From a candidate division WOR-3 bacterium (GTDB lineage Bacteria; Hydrothermota; Hydrothermia; LBFQ01), in the NCBI GenBank assembly GCA_039802605.1, contig JBDRWW010000002.1, positions 128,001-192,000 on the forward strand: a stretch of 64,000 nt of DNA, read 5' to 3'. Both the position numbers and the translations under genes were made by a program. Every line of letters starts with the position of its first letter. Position 1 is the stretch's first letter. Shown here piece after piece: positions 1 through 10,146 of this stretch. A model generated the notes under the pieces. It was given only the letters and a program-made list of their open reading frames with translations, was not told the origin of the DNA and did no database searches.

Positions 1-2
1 AA

Positions 3-89
3 ACGCCCGCAGGCATAGGCTTTGATGGGAAAACCCTTTATATTCCCTTGCTTGAAAGCGGTAAGGTTATAACCAAAAGAATACGATAA
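3..89 (+). CDS. 3' end of a gene entering the window (possible beta-propeller-like C-terminus)
   Basis: Open frame TPAGIGFDGKTLYIPLLESGKVITKRIR ending at TAA 87-89. Confidence 0.45.
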   Translation, partial: TPAGIGFDGKTLYIPLLESGKVITKRIR

Positions 90-96
90 ACGGGGG

Positions 97-102
97 TATA
101 AT
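97..102 (+). promoter_or_regulatory. -10 box (TATAAT) 8 nt before nuoM ATG; leaderless-type promoter
   Basis: TATAATACCCGCTTATG, no SD. Confidence 0.65.
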
Positions 103-110
103 ACCCGCTT

Positions 111-1571
111 ATGCTCAGCCTGATAGTTTTCTTCCCCTTATTGGCCGCAATACCCGTATTATTCTTTGATCCCTCGTGGAACAGGAGGGTATGGGCTTAT
201 GGAACCGTGGTCGCACTTTTTGAATTCGTTTTATCCCTCTTTCTCGTGTATTATTTTGATTTCGGAAGGGCTTCGGAATTTCAGTTTTTGGAAAAATATG
301 TTTTCTTGGGTTTAGAAAACGCCCCGTATTATGTGGGAATAGACGGATTGGCCTTAGTGCTAATAGTTTTAACCACATTCCTAACCTTTCTCGGTATAGT
401 TTCTTCTTACAACTACATCAAACATCAGATAAGGGAATATGTAGTTTCAATGCTCGTACTTGAAACGGCCATGTTGGGAGTGTTCGCAAGTTTAAACCTT
501 ATACAATTCTTCATATTTTGGGAGGCTCAGTTAATACCCATGTTTATCCTCATAGCCTTGTGGGGACACGAAAACAGGGTTTATGCGGCCTTTAAGTTCC
601 TTATATATACCGCCATAGGCTCCGTACCGATGTTGGTGGCCCTTATATGGCTGTTTTTGAACTATGGAACCTTTGATTACACATATCTCGTCAATGAAAC
701 CCCAAAACTCGCCTTATATACGCAGAATTTGTTGTTTTTGGCCTTTTCATTTGGATTTGCGATAAAGGTTCCCATGTTTCCATTCCATACCTGGCTTCCC
801 GATGCCCATGTTGAGGCCCCCACGGCTGGCTCCGTAATCCTCGCCGGCATTCTTTTAAAGATGGGTGTATTCGGCTTTATGAGGTATTCCATTCCAATGT
901 TTCCAGATGCCTTTGAAACCTTCCGCACCCTTATAGCCGTCTTGGCGATCATTGGAATAATATACGGAGGTCTTATGGCATGGGTGCAGTCCGATATGAA
1001 AAAACTCGTAGCATACTCATCCGTAGCCCATATGGGTTTTGCGATGCTGGGGTTGGCATCCGGAAATCCGATCGGTTTTCAGGGTGCGGTAATAGTTATG
1101 ATAAGCCACGGTTTGGTGACGGGGGCGTTGTTCTTTTTGGTCGGGATGCTTTACGAGAGGAGGCATACAAGGCTTATAAGGGAGTATTCGGGTATAGGGA
1201 AGTCCGTACCCAATTTATCCACATTCTTTGTAATAATGTCGTTGGCATCCATCGGTTTGCCCGGGCTTTCCGGATTTGTCGGGGAGTTTATGTGTTTAAT
1301 GGGTGCATACCAATACGATCCTTTGTGGGGTTATTTTGCGGTTCCGGGTGTAATAGTGGCGGCCGTTTATATGCTCTCACTGGTTAAAAGGGTTATATTT
1401 GGGGAATTGGACCCCGAGAGCGCAAAAATGCCGGATCTATCGTATAGGGAACTGTTTATACTCGTATTGCTTATAATCTTTGTTATTTGGATAGGCGTTT
1501 ATCCCAAAACATTTTTAGATTTTACAAACGGCGTATCCGAAACCCTTTACACCATCCTCTATATGAAATGA
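111..1571 (+). CDS. nuoM: NADH-quinone oxidoreductase subunit M
   Basis: Polytopic membrane protein with FWEAQLIPMF, KVPMFPFHTWLPDAHVEAP, KKLVAYSSVAHMG, GLPGLSGFVGEF. Confidence 0.95.
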   Translation: MLSLIVFFPLLAAIPVLFFDPSWNRRVWAYGTVVALFEFVLSLFLVYYFDFGRASEFQFLEKYVFLGLENAPYYVGIDGLALVLIVLTTFLTFLGIVSSYNYIKHQIREYVVSMLVLETAMLGVFASLNLIQFFIFWEAQLIPMFILIALWGHENRVYAAFKFLIYTAIGSVPMLVALIWLFLNYGTFDYTYLVNETPKLALYTQNLLFLAFSFGFAIKVPMFPFHTWLPDAHVEAPTAGSVILAGILLKMGVFGFMRYSIPMFPDAFETFRTLIAVLAIIGIIYGGLMAWVQSDMKKLVAYSSVAHMGFAMLGLASGNPIGFQGAVIVMISHGLVTGALFFLVGMLYERRHTRLIREYSGIGKSVPNLSTFFVIMSLASIGLPGLSGFVGEFMCLMGAYQYDPLWGYFAVPGVIVAAVYMLSLVKRVIFGELDPESAKMPDLSYRELFILVLLIIFVIWIGVYPKTFLDFTNGVSETLYTILYMK

Positions 1572-2302
1572 ACCCCTTTGAGGCTCAGGCCTATATAATG
1601 GGGAATATAAAAAAAACCGAAGAGATGGAGATACCTTTGGGTGAAGCCTTGGGTTTTTATACATCAAAACCCGTAATTTCAAGCGATGGGAGTATAGTCC
1701 TTGAAAAGGGGGAGAGGATAGATAGCAGGAGGTTGATATTTGCAAGGATGTTTAACATTAAAAGGTTAAGCGTTCATAGGAAACCCGTAGTTCGTATAGA
1801 TTTGGAAGACGATAATATAAGGAAACTTTTAACCCTTATAGTCGTTGAAGAGGGTTTTAAGTTGGGATACGGTAAAGTGGATTTCATAATAACCTCCAAC
1901 AAGCCCCAAAAGGTGGAGTTTTTGGTTTCAAAGGTGGAACAAAAACCCGCCTCAAACCTCGCCTTTTTTGTGGACAATCAAGGAACGGCCGGGTTTTATA
2001 TAGGTGGCTCTATACCGGATATAATAGTAGCCACATATGTCTTTATACTTCCGGCATTGAGATCCGCCTTCGGTTCGGCAAATCCTTATCAGAAAAAGAT
2101 GTATTTACCGTCGGCAAATTCATACCAAAGAACCCTTGGAGGCAAAAGCCTTTTTTTACCCGCAAGGATAACGGATGATAGTTTGGTTGAAATCCTAAAT
2201 CCAGATGAAGAGAACTACCTTTTATGCGATGCTTTAATACATATAACACCGGATATGTTTGGAATTCAGGAAGAACAGGAAATAGAGGTTTATCTCTTAT
2301 AA
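1568..2302 (+). CDS. Short, degenerate MoeA-like protein
   Basis: ATG 1568 overlaps nuoM stop (ATGA); EIPLGEALG..., VHRKPVV, FILPALR, CDALIHI resemble MoeA domains; catalytic segments absent. Confidence 0.5.
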   Translation: MNPFEAQAYIMGNIKKTEEMEIPLGEALGFYTSKPVISSDGSIVLEKGERIDSRRLIFARMFNIKRLSVHRKPVVRIDLEDDNIRKLLTLIVVEEGFKLGYGKVDFIITSNKPQKVEFLVSKVEQKPASNLAFFVDNQGTAGFYIGGSIPDIIVATYVFILPALRSAFGSANPYQKKMYLPSANSYQRTLGGKSLFLPARITDDSLVEILNPDEENYLLCDALIHITPDMFGIQEEQEIEVYLL

Positions 2303-2856
2303 TGAAAAAACGCATAATTTTGGTAATATCATCCCCTTCGGGTGGTGGTAAAACTACGATAGCAAGGGAATTAAAAAGGTTTGGTTTTGAACACATAACG
2401 ACGGCAACCACGAGGCCGAAAAGACCCAATGAATGGGAAGGGGTGGATTATTACTTTGTTAGTAGGGAAACATTTATCAAATGGATTGATGAGGGTAAAT
2501 TGTTTGAATGGGCGGAGATTTATGGGAACTACTACGGTGTTCCAAAAGAAAACCTTTATAAAAACCTTGAAATGGGGAAAAATGTGGTTTTAACCCTTGA
2601 TGTAAACGGTAAAAGGGCATTGGAGAGGGTTTTTAAGGGGGATAATAATTACAGGTTTATAAGCGTTTTCCTTATTCCACCTTCCTTAGAGGAACTGGAA
2701 AGGAGGCTTAAAGAGAGGGGGGAAAGCGGTGAAAGGTTAAAGCTGCGATTGTCAAAGGCCAAAGAGGAAATGGATTATGCAGGGGAATACGATTATAAAC
2801 TAATAAACGACAGGGTGGATAGGGTGGTAAGGTTTATCCTGTGTAAAATTATATAA
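2302..2856 (+). CDS. gmk: Guanylate kinase
   Basis: SSPSGGGKTT P-loop, TTRPKRPNEWEGVDYYF, GNYYG; ATG 2302 overlaps the upstream TAA. Confidence 0.95.
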   Translation: MKKRIILVISSPSGGGKTTIARELKRFGFEHITTATTRPKRPNEWEGVDYYFVSRETFIKWIDEGKLFEWAEIYGNYYGVPKENLYKNLEMGKNVVLTLDVNGKRALERVFKGDNNYRFISVFLIPPSLEELERRLKERGESGERLKLRLSKAKEEMDYAGEYDYKLINDRVDRVVRFILCKII

Positions 2857-4354
2857 ACTTCTTGGCGTTTTCCTCTATAAGCCCCTTTATCCTTTTGGCG
2901 TTTTCTATATACCTATCCCTATCGTTCCAACCGTTTATAGGCATTAAAATCTTATCGGGAATACCATCAACCCTCTTGGGTATCAAGAAGCCAAATATTT
3001 CATCCCTTACAAACTCCCGTATTTCACCCTTTAAGGCCGCCGAAATCAACCTACGGGTATAATTTATGTCTATCCTATGCCCAACACCGTAAGGTCCCTC
3101 TATCCACCCCGTATTTACCAACCAAACATTTACATTATGCTCTTTAACCTTCTCCACAAGCATATTGGCATAGACTTTTGGATTCAATGGTAAAAACGGG
3201 GCCCCGAAACAGGCGGAGAATGTCGGTTGGGGTTCGTTTATACCCCTTTCCGTTCCCGCTATTTTTGAAGTATATCCCGCTAAGAAATATGTTCTTATCT
3301 GCTCCGGTTCAAGTTTTGCTATTGGGGGTAATACGCCGTACGCGTCAAGGGCCAAAAAGAATATATTTTTTGGATGCCCTCCCCTACCCTCGGGAACTAT
3401 GTTATCCAAAAAGTTTATAGGGTAGGAAGACCTGGTATTCTCGGTCTTTTCTGCGGAATCAAAATCAACCTCCCTTGTATAGGGGTCAAAAACAACGTTT
3501 TCCAATATTGTACCAAACCTTGTGGATGCCTTATATATTCCCTCTTCCTTTTCGGGATTTATCCTTATAACCTTTGCATAACACCCGCCTTCAAAGTTAA
3601 AAACCCCATCTTCCGCCCATCCGTGCTCGTCATCCCCTATTAAAGGCCTTTCCGGATCGGTTGAAAGGGATGTTTTTCCGGTACCGGATAAGCCGAAGAA
3701 AAGGGCAACATCCCCTTCCTTTCCCATGTTGGCCCCGCAATGCATGGATAACACGCCGTTTAGGGGATAGTAATAGTTTAAAAACGTGAAAACGGACTTT
3801 TTTATCTCGCCGGCGTACGGAGTACCCCCTATTATTATCTCACCTTTTGTAAGGTTTAGGATTATGAAAACCTCACTCCTTGTACCATCCTCTTCGGGTT
3901 TGGCCTTTAAGAATGGTGCATGGTAGATTTTTATAAAGGGTTGGAAATCTCTCAACTCTTCCTTCTTAGGCCTTATGAACATATTCCTTGCAAAAAGGGC
4001 ATGCCAAGGACTTTCGGTTATAACCCGAACACCGAGTTTGTAATTGGGATGGTTCCCCACAAAGAGGTTTTCAACATACACCTCCCTTTCGGACAAATAA
4101 TTTATGACCTTTTCCTTTAACCTCTCAAACCTATCCGGGTCAAAAGGTTGATTCAAATCTCCCCACCATACAAGGTTTTCGGTATTTTCATCCCTAACGA
4201 CGAATTTGTCTTTCGGAGACCTACCGGTATAGGGTGTGGTATCCACTATTAAAGCCCCGTTGTTTGCGAGGTATCCCAACCCCTTCCTTATGGTCTCTTC
4301 GTAGAGCAAGGCCTCCTTTAAATCTTCATAAACCTCCTTAAATGCGCTTATCAT
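2849..4354 (-). CDS. pckA: Phosphoenolpyruvate carboxykinase (ATP)
   Basis: TGRSPKDK, FFGLSGTGKT, LIGDDEHGW, NFEGGCYAK. Confidence 0.97.
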   Translation of the reverse strand: MISAFKEVYEDLKEALLYEETIRKGLGYLANNGALIVDTTPYTGRSPKDKFVVRDENTENLVWWGDLNQPFDPDRFERLKEKVINYLSEREVYVENLFVGNHPNYKLGVRVITESPWHALFARNMFIRPKKEELRDFQPFIKIYHAPFLKAKPEEDGTRSEVFIILNLTKGEIIIGGTPYAGEIKKSVFTFLNYYYPLNGVLSMHCGANMGKEGDVALFFGLSGTGKTSLSTDPERPLIGDDEHGWAEDGVFNFEGGCYAKVIRINPEKEEGIYKASTRFGTILENVVFDPYTREVDFDSAEKTENTRSSYPINFLDNIVPEGRGGHPKNIFFLALDAYGVLPPIAKLEPEQIRTYFLAGYTSKIAGTERGINEPQPTFSACFGAPFLPLNPKVYANMLVEKVKEHNVNVWLVNTGWIEGPYGVGHRIDINYTRRLISAALKGEIREFVRDEIFGFLIPKRVDGIPDKILMPINGWNDRDRYIENAKRIKGLIEENAKKFI

Positions 4355-4381
4355 AAGTTGTGTATTTTACGGATGATTACA

Positions 4382-5728
4382 CTACAATTTTTCCCAATCT
4401 TTACGAATGCTTTCAAATATATCCATCAACTTCCTCTCTTCAATTTTCCTAACCTGAACATTTACTTCCTTTACCCCAAAGGCTTCTTTTAAAAGCTCCA
4501 AACCGTTCTCTATTTTATTTTTAACCACATTATCCGGAGCGACAATTTTTAAAACCCCATCCTCAACGGAATAATTACAACCCTCTAAGTATGCGGCCAA
4601 AGAGGGGCTTTTGCCCCTCAACACCTCTAAGGGTTCCAAATTTACGGGTTCCGCTTTTGTTTCCTTCCCTTCATATTCCGGAATACCGAATAACTTACTA
4701 ACCTCGTTTATATTAACCACCCTCTTAAAGGAACACATTCTCGCAAGGTCATACACTATCCAGGAGTGTGGGGAAAATGTATCCCTTAAATGGTATTCCA
4801 TATCCAGGGCCATCCTCAAAAGTATAGTCTTTTCCTCAAAGGTCAAATTTTCATCCCTTCTTAACAACGATTCTTCCAAAAACTTTACAAAACCGCTTGC
4901 AAACTCTTGGGGTGAGAACTCCTCTAAAATTTTATCAACCTTTGATATTGCGGACTTAAAATCACCCTTTGAAATATCTTCCAAGAGTTGTGAATACCTC
5001 TCATTTGGAACAACCCCAAGCATTTGGGAAACCTCATCCTCGGTTATATGCTTGTCCGAAAATATCGCCGCCTGCTCCAATAAAACGAGGGCATCCCTGA
5101 GGCTTCCCTCAGACCTTTGGGCTATCATGCGTAAAGCCTGATCCGTTGCAAATATACCCTCCTTTGAACAAACCTGTTTTAACCTGCTGACTATTGCGCT
5201 TGTGGAATGAGGTTTTAGGGCAAACTTTTGAAGCCTTGACATAACAGTTGCTGGAATTTTGTTGGGTTCCGTTGTTGCTAAGATAAATACTATATAAGGT
5301 GGCGGTTCTTCAAGGATTTTTAACAAAGAGTTAAAGGCCTCATTTGTTAGCATATGCGCCTCATCTATGATATAAACCTTATACCTCGCCAAAGGTAAAA
5401 ACCTCGCCTGGTTTTGTATCTCCCTTATGTTCTCTATACCGCGATTGGAAGCGGCGTCTATTTCTATAATATCCGGACTTTTACCTTCGTTAAACTCATT
5501 GCAAAATCTACACCTATTACAGGGTTTTGATGTTGGTCCCAATTCGCAGTTTAAACCCTTTGCGAAAAGCCTCGCTATTGTGGTCTTCCCTATACCCCTA
5601 GGTCCGGCCAAAAGGATTGAATGGGGAATTTCCTTTTTATCCAAAGCCCTCATCAAAACTCTAACTATTAACTCTTGACCAACAACCTCCGAAAAATCCT
5701 TTGGCCGGTATTTATTCGCAAGGCTCAT
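4382..5728 (-). CDS. dnaX: DNA polymerase III subunit gamma/tau
   Basis: KYRPKDFSEVVGQ, GPRGIGKTT, Zn-binding Cys cluster, EIDAASN, IIDEAHML; ATG 5728 with AAGGA upstream. Confidence 0.95.
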   Translation of the reverse strand: MSLANKYRPKDFSEVVGQELIVRVLMRALDKKEIPHSILLAGPRGIGKTTIARLFAKGLNCELGPTSKPCNRCRFCNEFNEGKSPDIIEIDAASNRGIENIREIQNQARFLPLARYKVYIIDEAHMLTNEAFNSLLKILEEPPPYIVFILATTEPNKIPATVMSRLQKFALKPHSTSAIVSRLKQVCSKEGIFATDQALRMIAQRSEGSLRDALVLLEQAAIFSDKHITEDEVSQMLGVVPNERYSQLLEDISKGDFKSAISKVDKILEEFSPQEFASGFVKFLEESLLRRDENLTFEEKTILLRMALDMEYHLRDTFSPHSWIVYDLARMCSFKRVVNINEVSKLFGIPEYEGKETKAEPVNLEPLEVLRGKSPSLAAYLEGCNYSVEDGVLKIVAPDNVVKNKIENGLELLKEAFGVKEVNVQVRKIEERKLMDIFESIRKDWEKL

Positions 5729-5897
5729 CTTCCTTAAACCCCTCGGCCTCCTCAACCAACAGGATTGGTATATCGTCCTCTATACGGTATTTAAGATTGC
5801 ACTTTGGACATCTCAACTCGTTCATTTTTGGACAATAAACCAGATCCCCTTTACACTTTGGACAAGCGATAACTTCCAAAAGCTCTTTACTCAACAT
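5712..5897 (-). CDS. Trm112-family (YcaR-like) small protein
   Basis: LLEVIACPKCKGDL...CPKC..YRIEDDIPILL. Confidence 0.9.
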   Translation of the reverse strand: MLSKELLEVIACPKCKGDLVYCPKMNELRCPKCNLKYRIEDDIPILLVEEAEGFKEDEPCE

Positions 5898-6717
5898 TTT
5901 TCAAATTGGGTAAAATATCAACAAACCTCCTTACCTCATCCTCGGATGAAAACCTAAGCTCCAACGAAAGATACCTTTTAGCCCTTTTTATTTTGGCGTT
6001 TAAACCCTTTTCCTTAATTCTATTGGCTATATCCATTACAAAATCCTCATCGGTATTGGTTTTCTTTTGGGAAGGGGATATAAGGTTTTCCAAATCCCTA
6101 ACGCTTAAATTCTCCTCCACTACCCTCTTAGCCCACATTATCATTTCCGAGGGGGATTTTAACCTCAAAAGGACCCTTGCGTGCCCCTCGCTTATCTTTC
6201 CCTCGGCTAACATATCAAGGACCTCAAGGGGTAGGTTTAAAATCCTCAAAATGTTTGTAATTGCACTCCTACTTTTTCCGATATATTTTGCTATCTCTTC
6301 ATCCGTTAGGTTTAATTCCTCTTTCAGTATCTTTATAGCCCTCGCCCTCTCAACGGGATTCAAGTCCTCCCTTTGCAGGTTTTCAACCAATGAAATCAAT
6401 AAAACCTCTTCATCGGAAAAATCCTTAACTATTGCGGGAATTCTCGTTAAGCCCGCTATTTTTGCCGCCCTCCACCTCCTCTCCCCGGCAACTATTTCGT
6501 ATTTACCATCCTTTTCCCTAACCAAAATGGGCTGCAATACGCCATACCTTTTTATTGATTCCGCCAATTCATATATTTCGTTTTCAGAAAACCTCTTCCT
6601 CGGCTGATTGGGGTTGGGAACTATATCTTCAATTGGAATAAGCCTTTGAATGTCAATATCCTCGTTTATTGAGAGTATTGAGGCCAATCCCTTACCCAAT
6701 CTTCCCGCTCTTTTCAT
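5887..6717 (-). CDS. parB: Chromosome partitioning protein ParB/Spo0J
   Basis: LGKGL N-terminal peptide, PNPNQPR, IVAGERRWRA, ENLQREDL, HTH. Confidence 0.95.
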   Translation of the reverse strand: MKRAGRLGKGLASILSINEDIDIQRLIPIEDIVPNPNQPRKRFSENEIYELAESIKRYGVLQPILVREKDGKYEIVAGERRWRAAKIAGLTRIPAIVKDFSDEEVLLISLVENLQREDLNPVERARAIKILKEELNLTDEEIAKYIGKSRSAITNILRILNLPLEVLDMLAEGKISEGHARVLLRLKSPSEMIMWAKRVVEENLSVRDLENLISPSQKKTNTDEDFVMDIANRIKEKGLNAKIKRAKRYLSLELRFSSEDEVRRFVDILPNLKNVE

Positions 6718-7468
6718 TCTTCAACAATTCAACTATTTCCTTTGCCAAATCCATATACGCATAGGATCCTAGGGAATCTGGGGCATAGAATATGGCCGGA
6801 AGGCCAAAACTCGGAGCCTCGGCCAACTTTATATTTCTCGGTATCACCGTTTTAAAAACCTTATCTTCAAAGTGCTTATATATGTCCTCATAAACCTCTT
6901 GGGAAAGCCTAACCCTCTTATCGTACATAGTAACGAGGATCCCCAATATTCCGAGTTTGGGATTAACAGTCCCCTGAATATACCTGACCGTTTGCAAGAG
7001 TTGTCCCAAACCTTCAAGGGCATAGTATTCCGCCTGAACGGGTATAATTATGTTATCCGCCGCTACCAAGGAGATAACCGTAAGGGTTCCCAAAGATGGG
7101 GGTGTATCTATAATTATCCAGTCGTATTGCAATCCCCTTAAAATTTCCTTTAAGGAGTACTCCCAGTCCTTCTTCCCTTTGAAAACCCCGTCTATACCTA
7201 TGAGGTCGGGAGTAGAGGGTATGCAATCCAAGCCGTTAAACCTCGTCCTGTATATTACGCTTTTTACACTTACATTCCCAACGAGGGCATCGTACAGGTT
7301 TGGTTCCTTCCTATCCAAACCCAAGCCAATGCTCGCGTTCGCCTGGGAATCGGCATCCACAAGTAAAACCCTATAACCCATCAATGCCCAAGCCGCGGCC
7401 AAATTAACCGCCGTTGTCGTTTTCCCAACCCCACCCTTCTGGTTAGTTATCGCTATCTTCACTACCAC
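6692..7468 (-). CDS. parA: Chromosome partitioning ATPase ParA/Soj
   Basis: [36 protein letters not shown]. Confidence 0.95.
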   Translation of the reverse strand: MVVKIAITNQKGGVGKTTTAVNLAAAWALMGYRVLLVDADSQANASIGLGLDRKEPNLYDALVGNVSVKSVIYRTRFNGLDCIPSTPDLIGIDGVFKGKKDWEYSLKEILRGLQYDWIIIDTPPSLGTLTVISLVAADNIIIPVQAEYYALEGLGQLLQTVRYIQGTVNPKLGILGILVTMYDKRVRLSQEVYEDIYKHFEDKVFKTVIPRNIKLAEAPSFGLPAIFYAPDSLGSYAYMDLAKEIVELLKNEKSGKIG

Positions 7469-8343
7469 CCCCTTGTTTGCAGGAGTTCTTTTTCCTCCAA
7501 TTCCCTTATATCTATTCCCCTCATTGGTTCTCCAAGGCCTGCGGATATCCTGGCCAACACCTTAGGGTTATCGTAGTATGCAACGGCCTCAACGATGGCG
7601 GAGGCCATCCTTTCGGGATTCGAGGATTTGAATATTCCGCTACCCACAAAAACCGCCTCCGCACCCAACTGCATCATTAATGCCGCATCCGCGGGGGTTG
7701 CTATGCCGCCCGCTGCAAAGTTTGGTACCGGTAATCTCCCATGCTCTGCGACATATTTTACCAATTCGTAAGGGGCTTGGAGGTTTTTGGCCTCCGCGTA
7801 AAGCTCATCATCCCTCAAAGAGGTTAGCCTCCTTATCTCCTTTTGGATTAACCTCATATGCCTTACGGCCTCAACCACATTTCCCGTACCCGCCTCCCCT
7901 TTTGTCCTTATCATAGCGGCACCCTCTGAAATCCTCCTCAAAGCCTCTCCGAGATTCCTCGCCCCGCAAACAAAGGGAACCTTAAATTTGTGTTTGTCTA
8001 TGTGGTTTTCCTCATCAGCCGGTGTTAAAACCTCACTCTCGTCTATGAAATCAACCCCCAATTCCTCCAATATTTGCGCCTCAACAAAATGCCCTATTCT
8101 TACCTTTGCCATAACCGGGATGCTTACGGCATCCATTATCCTTAGTATTATCTCAGGATCGGCCATCCTAGCGACGCCACCCTGTTTTCTTATATCTGCG
8201 GGAACCCTTTCAAGGGCCATAACGGCAACAGCCCCCGCCCTTTCCGCAATTTTTGCCTGCTCGGGGGAGGTAACATCCATTATAACCCCTCCCTTCAACA
8301 TCTGCGCCAAACCCACCTTTACCCTCCAAGTGCCCGTAATCAT
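7462..8343 (-). CDS. pdxS: Pyridoxal 5'-phosphate synthase lyase subunit
   Basis: [35 protein letters not shown]. Confidence 0.97.
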   Translation of the reverse strand: MITGTWRVKVGLAQMLKGGVIMDVTSPEQAKIAERAGAVAVMALERVPADIRKQGGVARMADPEIILRIMDAVSIPVMAKVRIGHFVEAQILEELGVDFIDESEVLTPADEENHIDKHKFKVPFVCGARNLGEALRRISEGAAMIRTKGEAGTGNVVEAVRHMRLIQKEIRRLTSLRDDELYAEAKNLQAPYELVKYVAEHGRLPVPNFAAGGIATPADAALMMQLGAEAVFVGSGIFKSSNPERMASAIVEAVAYYDNPKVLARISAGLGEPMRGIDIRELEEKELLQTRGW

Positions 8344-8377
8344 AATCGTTGGGTATTTTAAAGTTGAAAACGATTAT

Positions 8378-9151
8378 TTATGCACCCATAGCGGAATACC
8401 TTTTCAAACCCGCCTTCCACACAAGTCTATTAACGATCCAAAAGAACACCGTCCAAGCCAAGAGTATAAAAATCCCCATGGTATCAACCCCTTTACCGGT
8501 TAGTATATTAACCGGCAGGTAAATCATATACGGAAATGGCGTTAGATACGCCAAATCCTTGGCGAATTTTGGGAATACATCAAGGGGGGCAAAGTATCCG
8601 GATAGAAACATGTATATTGCAAAGTTTATATTTTCAAGTTGGCTAACCCTTTCCGTCCAAAAGGCCAAAAATGACAATGTGTATTGTATCAAAAACCTAA
8701 GTATGAATACCAAAATTACCACGGGTATGTATATGAGAATATCAAGCAACTTTGGTACCCAAAAAGCCGACGGATAAATCGCAAAGAATGCCGCTATTAA
8801 CCCCAACATAAAGGGCAACCTTGACAACCTCTCGGATATGTGCTGGGCGATAAACCTCCAAGCGGGATCCAAGGGTTGCAATAAATACGGGGATAAGGTT
8901 CCGTTTAAAACCGCCGATTCAAACTCCCATATAACCCATACAACAACGAGTTCGTGCGTTATAAAAACCGATAAAAAATACCTCGCGAAATCCACCCCGT
9001 CCATTTTCGTAAAGCCCAAGTTTGCGAGTTTTATCCATATACCCATAAGGATGAAGGGCAATATACCCGCAAGCATCCACAAAACTATTTCCGCCCTGTA
9101 TTCAAGCATGTACGCGTAATAAACCCTCGTCAATGTGATAAACTTCCTCAT
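8378..9151 (-). CDS. ABC-2 family transporter permease
   Basis: About 6 TM segments; LNGTLSPYLLQP, LSGYFAPLDVFP, C-terminal YSAMGA. Confidence 0.85.
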   Translation of the reverse strand: MRKFITLTRVYYAYMLEYRAEIVLWMLAGILPFILMGIWIKLANLGFTKMDGVDFARYFLSVFITHELVVVWVIWEFESAVLNGTLSPYLLQPLDPAWRFIAQHISERLSRLPFMLGLIAAFFAIYPSAFWVPKLLDILIYIPVVILVFILRFLIQYTLSFLAFWTERVSQLENINFAIYMFLSGYFAPLDVFPKFAKDLAYLTPFPYMIYLPVNILTGKGVDTMGIFILLAWTVFFWIVNRLVWKAGLKRYSAMGA

Positions 9152-9489
9152 TTAAAAATCTTTGAATAAATCCATCTAAAAGTAAAGGCAAAAACCACAA
9201 AAAAGGCAAACATCACGAATACGAATATTGGTGATATCGTTCGTTGGAGCAGATAAGACCTTATGGTTATTGACCAGGGTATTGTTATAAGGGATGCCAA
9301 GAGTATGCCTTTGGGGTCAAAGGGTTTTTTTATCAAAGAAGACATTTTCGCGGACAACATCCAAAAGGCCAATGTTCCAAAGTATGTTATGAAAAAGCGG
9401 TATATGGCATCAAAGCCGAGGGTTGAGTGAAAAAGAAAGCCCGTCAATACAAATAGGAATATCCAAAAGGCGTCGTATATGTATATCAT
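9148..9489 (-). CDS. Small 4-TM membrane protein (DUF3054-like)
   Basis: Hydrophobic; D...F...G...H pattern near N-terminus; 4-nt overlaps with neighbours. Confidence 0.55.
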   Translation of the reverse strand: MIYIYDAFWIFLFVLTGFLFHSTLGFDAIYRFFITYFGTLAFWMLSAKMSSLIKKPFDPKGILLASLITIPWSITIRSYLLQRTISPIFVFVMFAFFVVFAFTFRWIYSKIFK

Positions 9490-10097
9490 TTCGGCTTTTG
9501 CCTTATTTTTTCCCTCTCCTCCTTCTTTCTTTGGCCTTCAAAGAATTCCTGTTCCGATTCGGGTCCGTAAAACACATACAAAATCCCCCTTACCATAACC
9601 CCGCTGTTCATGTTTAAGGTTATGGCGGGAACCCCCGATATTTCGGGCATAATCTCAAAACTCCCAAACCTCATGCTAAAAGCCGCCCTTACGGGGAATT
9701 CCAAAACCGGCGCTTGATTTTTTTCCTCACCGGGGAAGGGTAATCCATCATCACCCCAAGAGTAATAACCGCCGAGAATTCCTATACCGAGGTGAAAGGC
9801 AAATCTACCCCCAAACCTCGTGGTCCTTCGCTCGTAAAGTAATCCTCCGCTTGCGTGCCAAAAATTGGATGTGAAACTGTAAGCCCCTCCTCCCAAAATT
9901 GTAAAGTATGCCCTCGGGTCATCCGTGCGGATTATCCTTATTCCCACAAAACCCACGGGAGCGTTGGGATTTTTACCCGTTATAAAATACTCATACCCCG
10001 CCCCAAAAACCACATAACTACCCCTTTTGCTCATCTCTTCGTAATAAATATCTCTATCCTCGTAATCGTACTGCGACAAAAGTAGTGGGATTAGCAT
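9486..10097 (-). CDS. Hypothetical exported/outer-membrane beta-strand protein
   Basis: Short hydrophobic N-terminus MLIPLLLSQ; amphipathic Gly/aromatic strands; -10 box 7 nt upstream. Confidence 0.55.
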   Translation of the reverse strand: MLIPLLLSQYDYEDRDIYYEEMSKRGSYVVFGAGYEYFITGKNPNAPVGFVGIRIIRTDDPRAYFTILGGGAYSFTSNFWHASGGLLYERRTTRFGGRFAFHLGIGILGGYYSWGDDGLPFPGEEKNQAPVLEFPVRAAFSMRFGSFEIMPEISGVPAITLNMNSGVMVRGILYVFYGPESEQEFFEGQRKKEEREKIRQKPK

Positions 10098-10104
10098 AAC
10101 GGGA

Positions 10105-10140
10105 ATTATAAGCCCGTATTAAACTTTCCAAGCGTATAAT
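10105..10140. promoter_or_regulatory. Divergent pair of -10 boxes
   Basis: Minus-strand TATAAT at 10105-10110 (7 nt before ATG 10097); plus-strand TATAAT at 10135-10140 (6 nt before ATG 10147). Confidence 0.6.
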
Positions 10141-10146
10141 ATCACG

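Noticed and set aside
4377..4387. TTACACTACAA shared with the hsdM palindrome arm (24348-24358); CACTACA also at 16098
   Set aside because: Half-sites only; one includes the dnaX stop codon; plausible by chance in A/T-rich DNA.
5906..6607. Long antisense ORFs (e.g. 5906-6607, 19600-20289, 40522-41124, 47789-48367)
   Set aside because: They are shadows of well-supported genes on the other strand, with no motifs.
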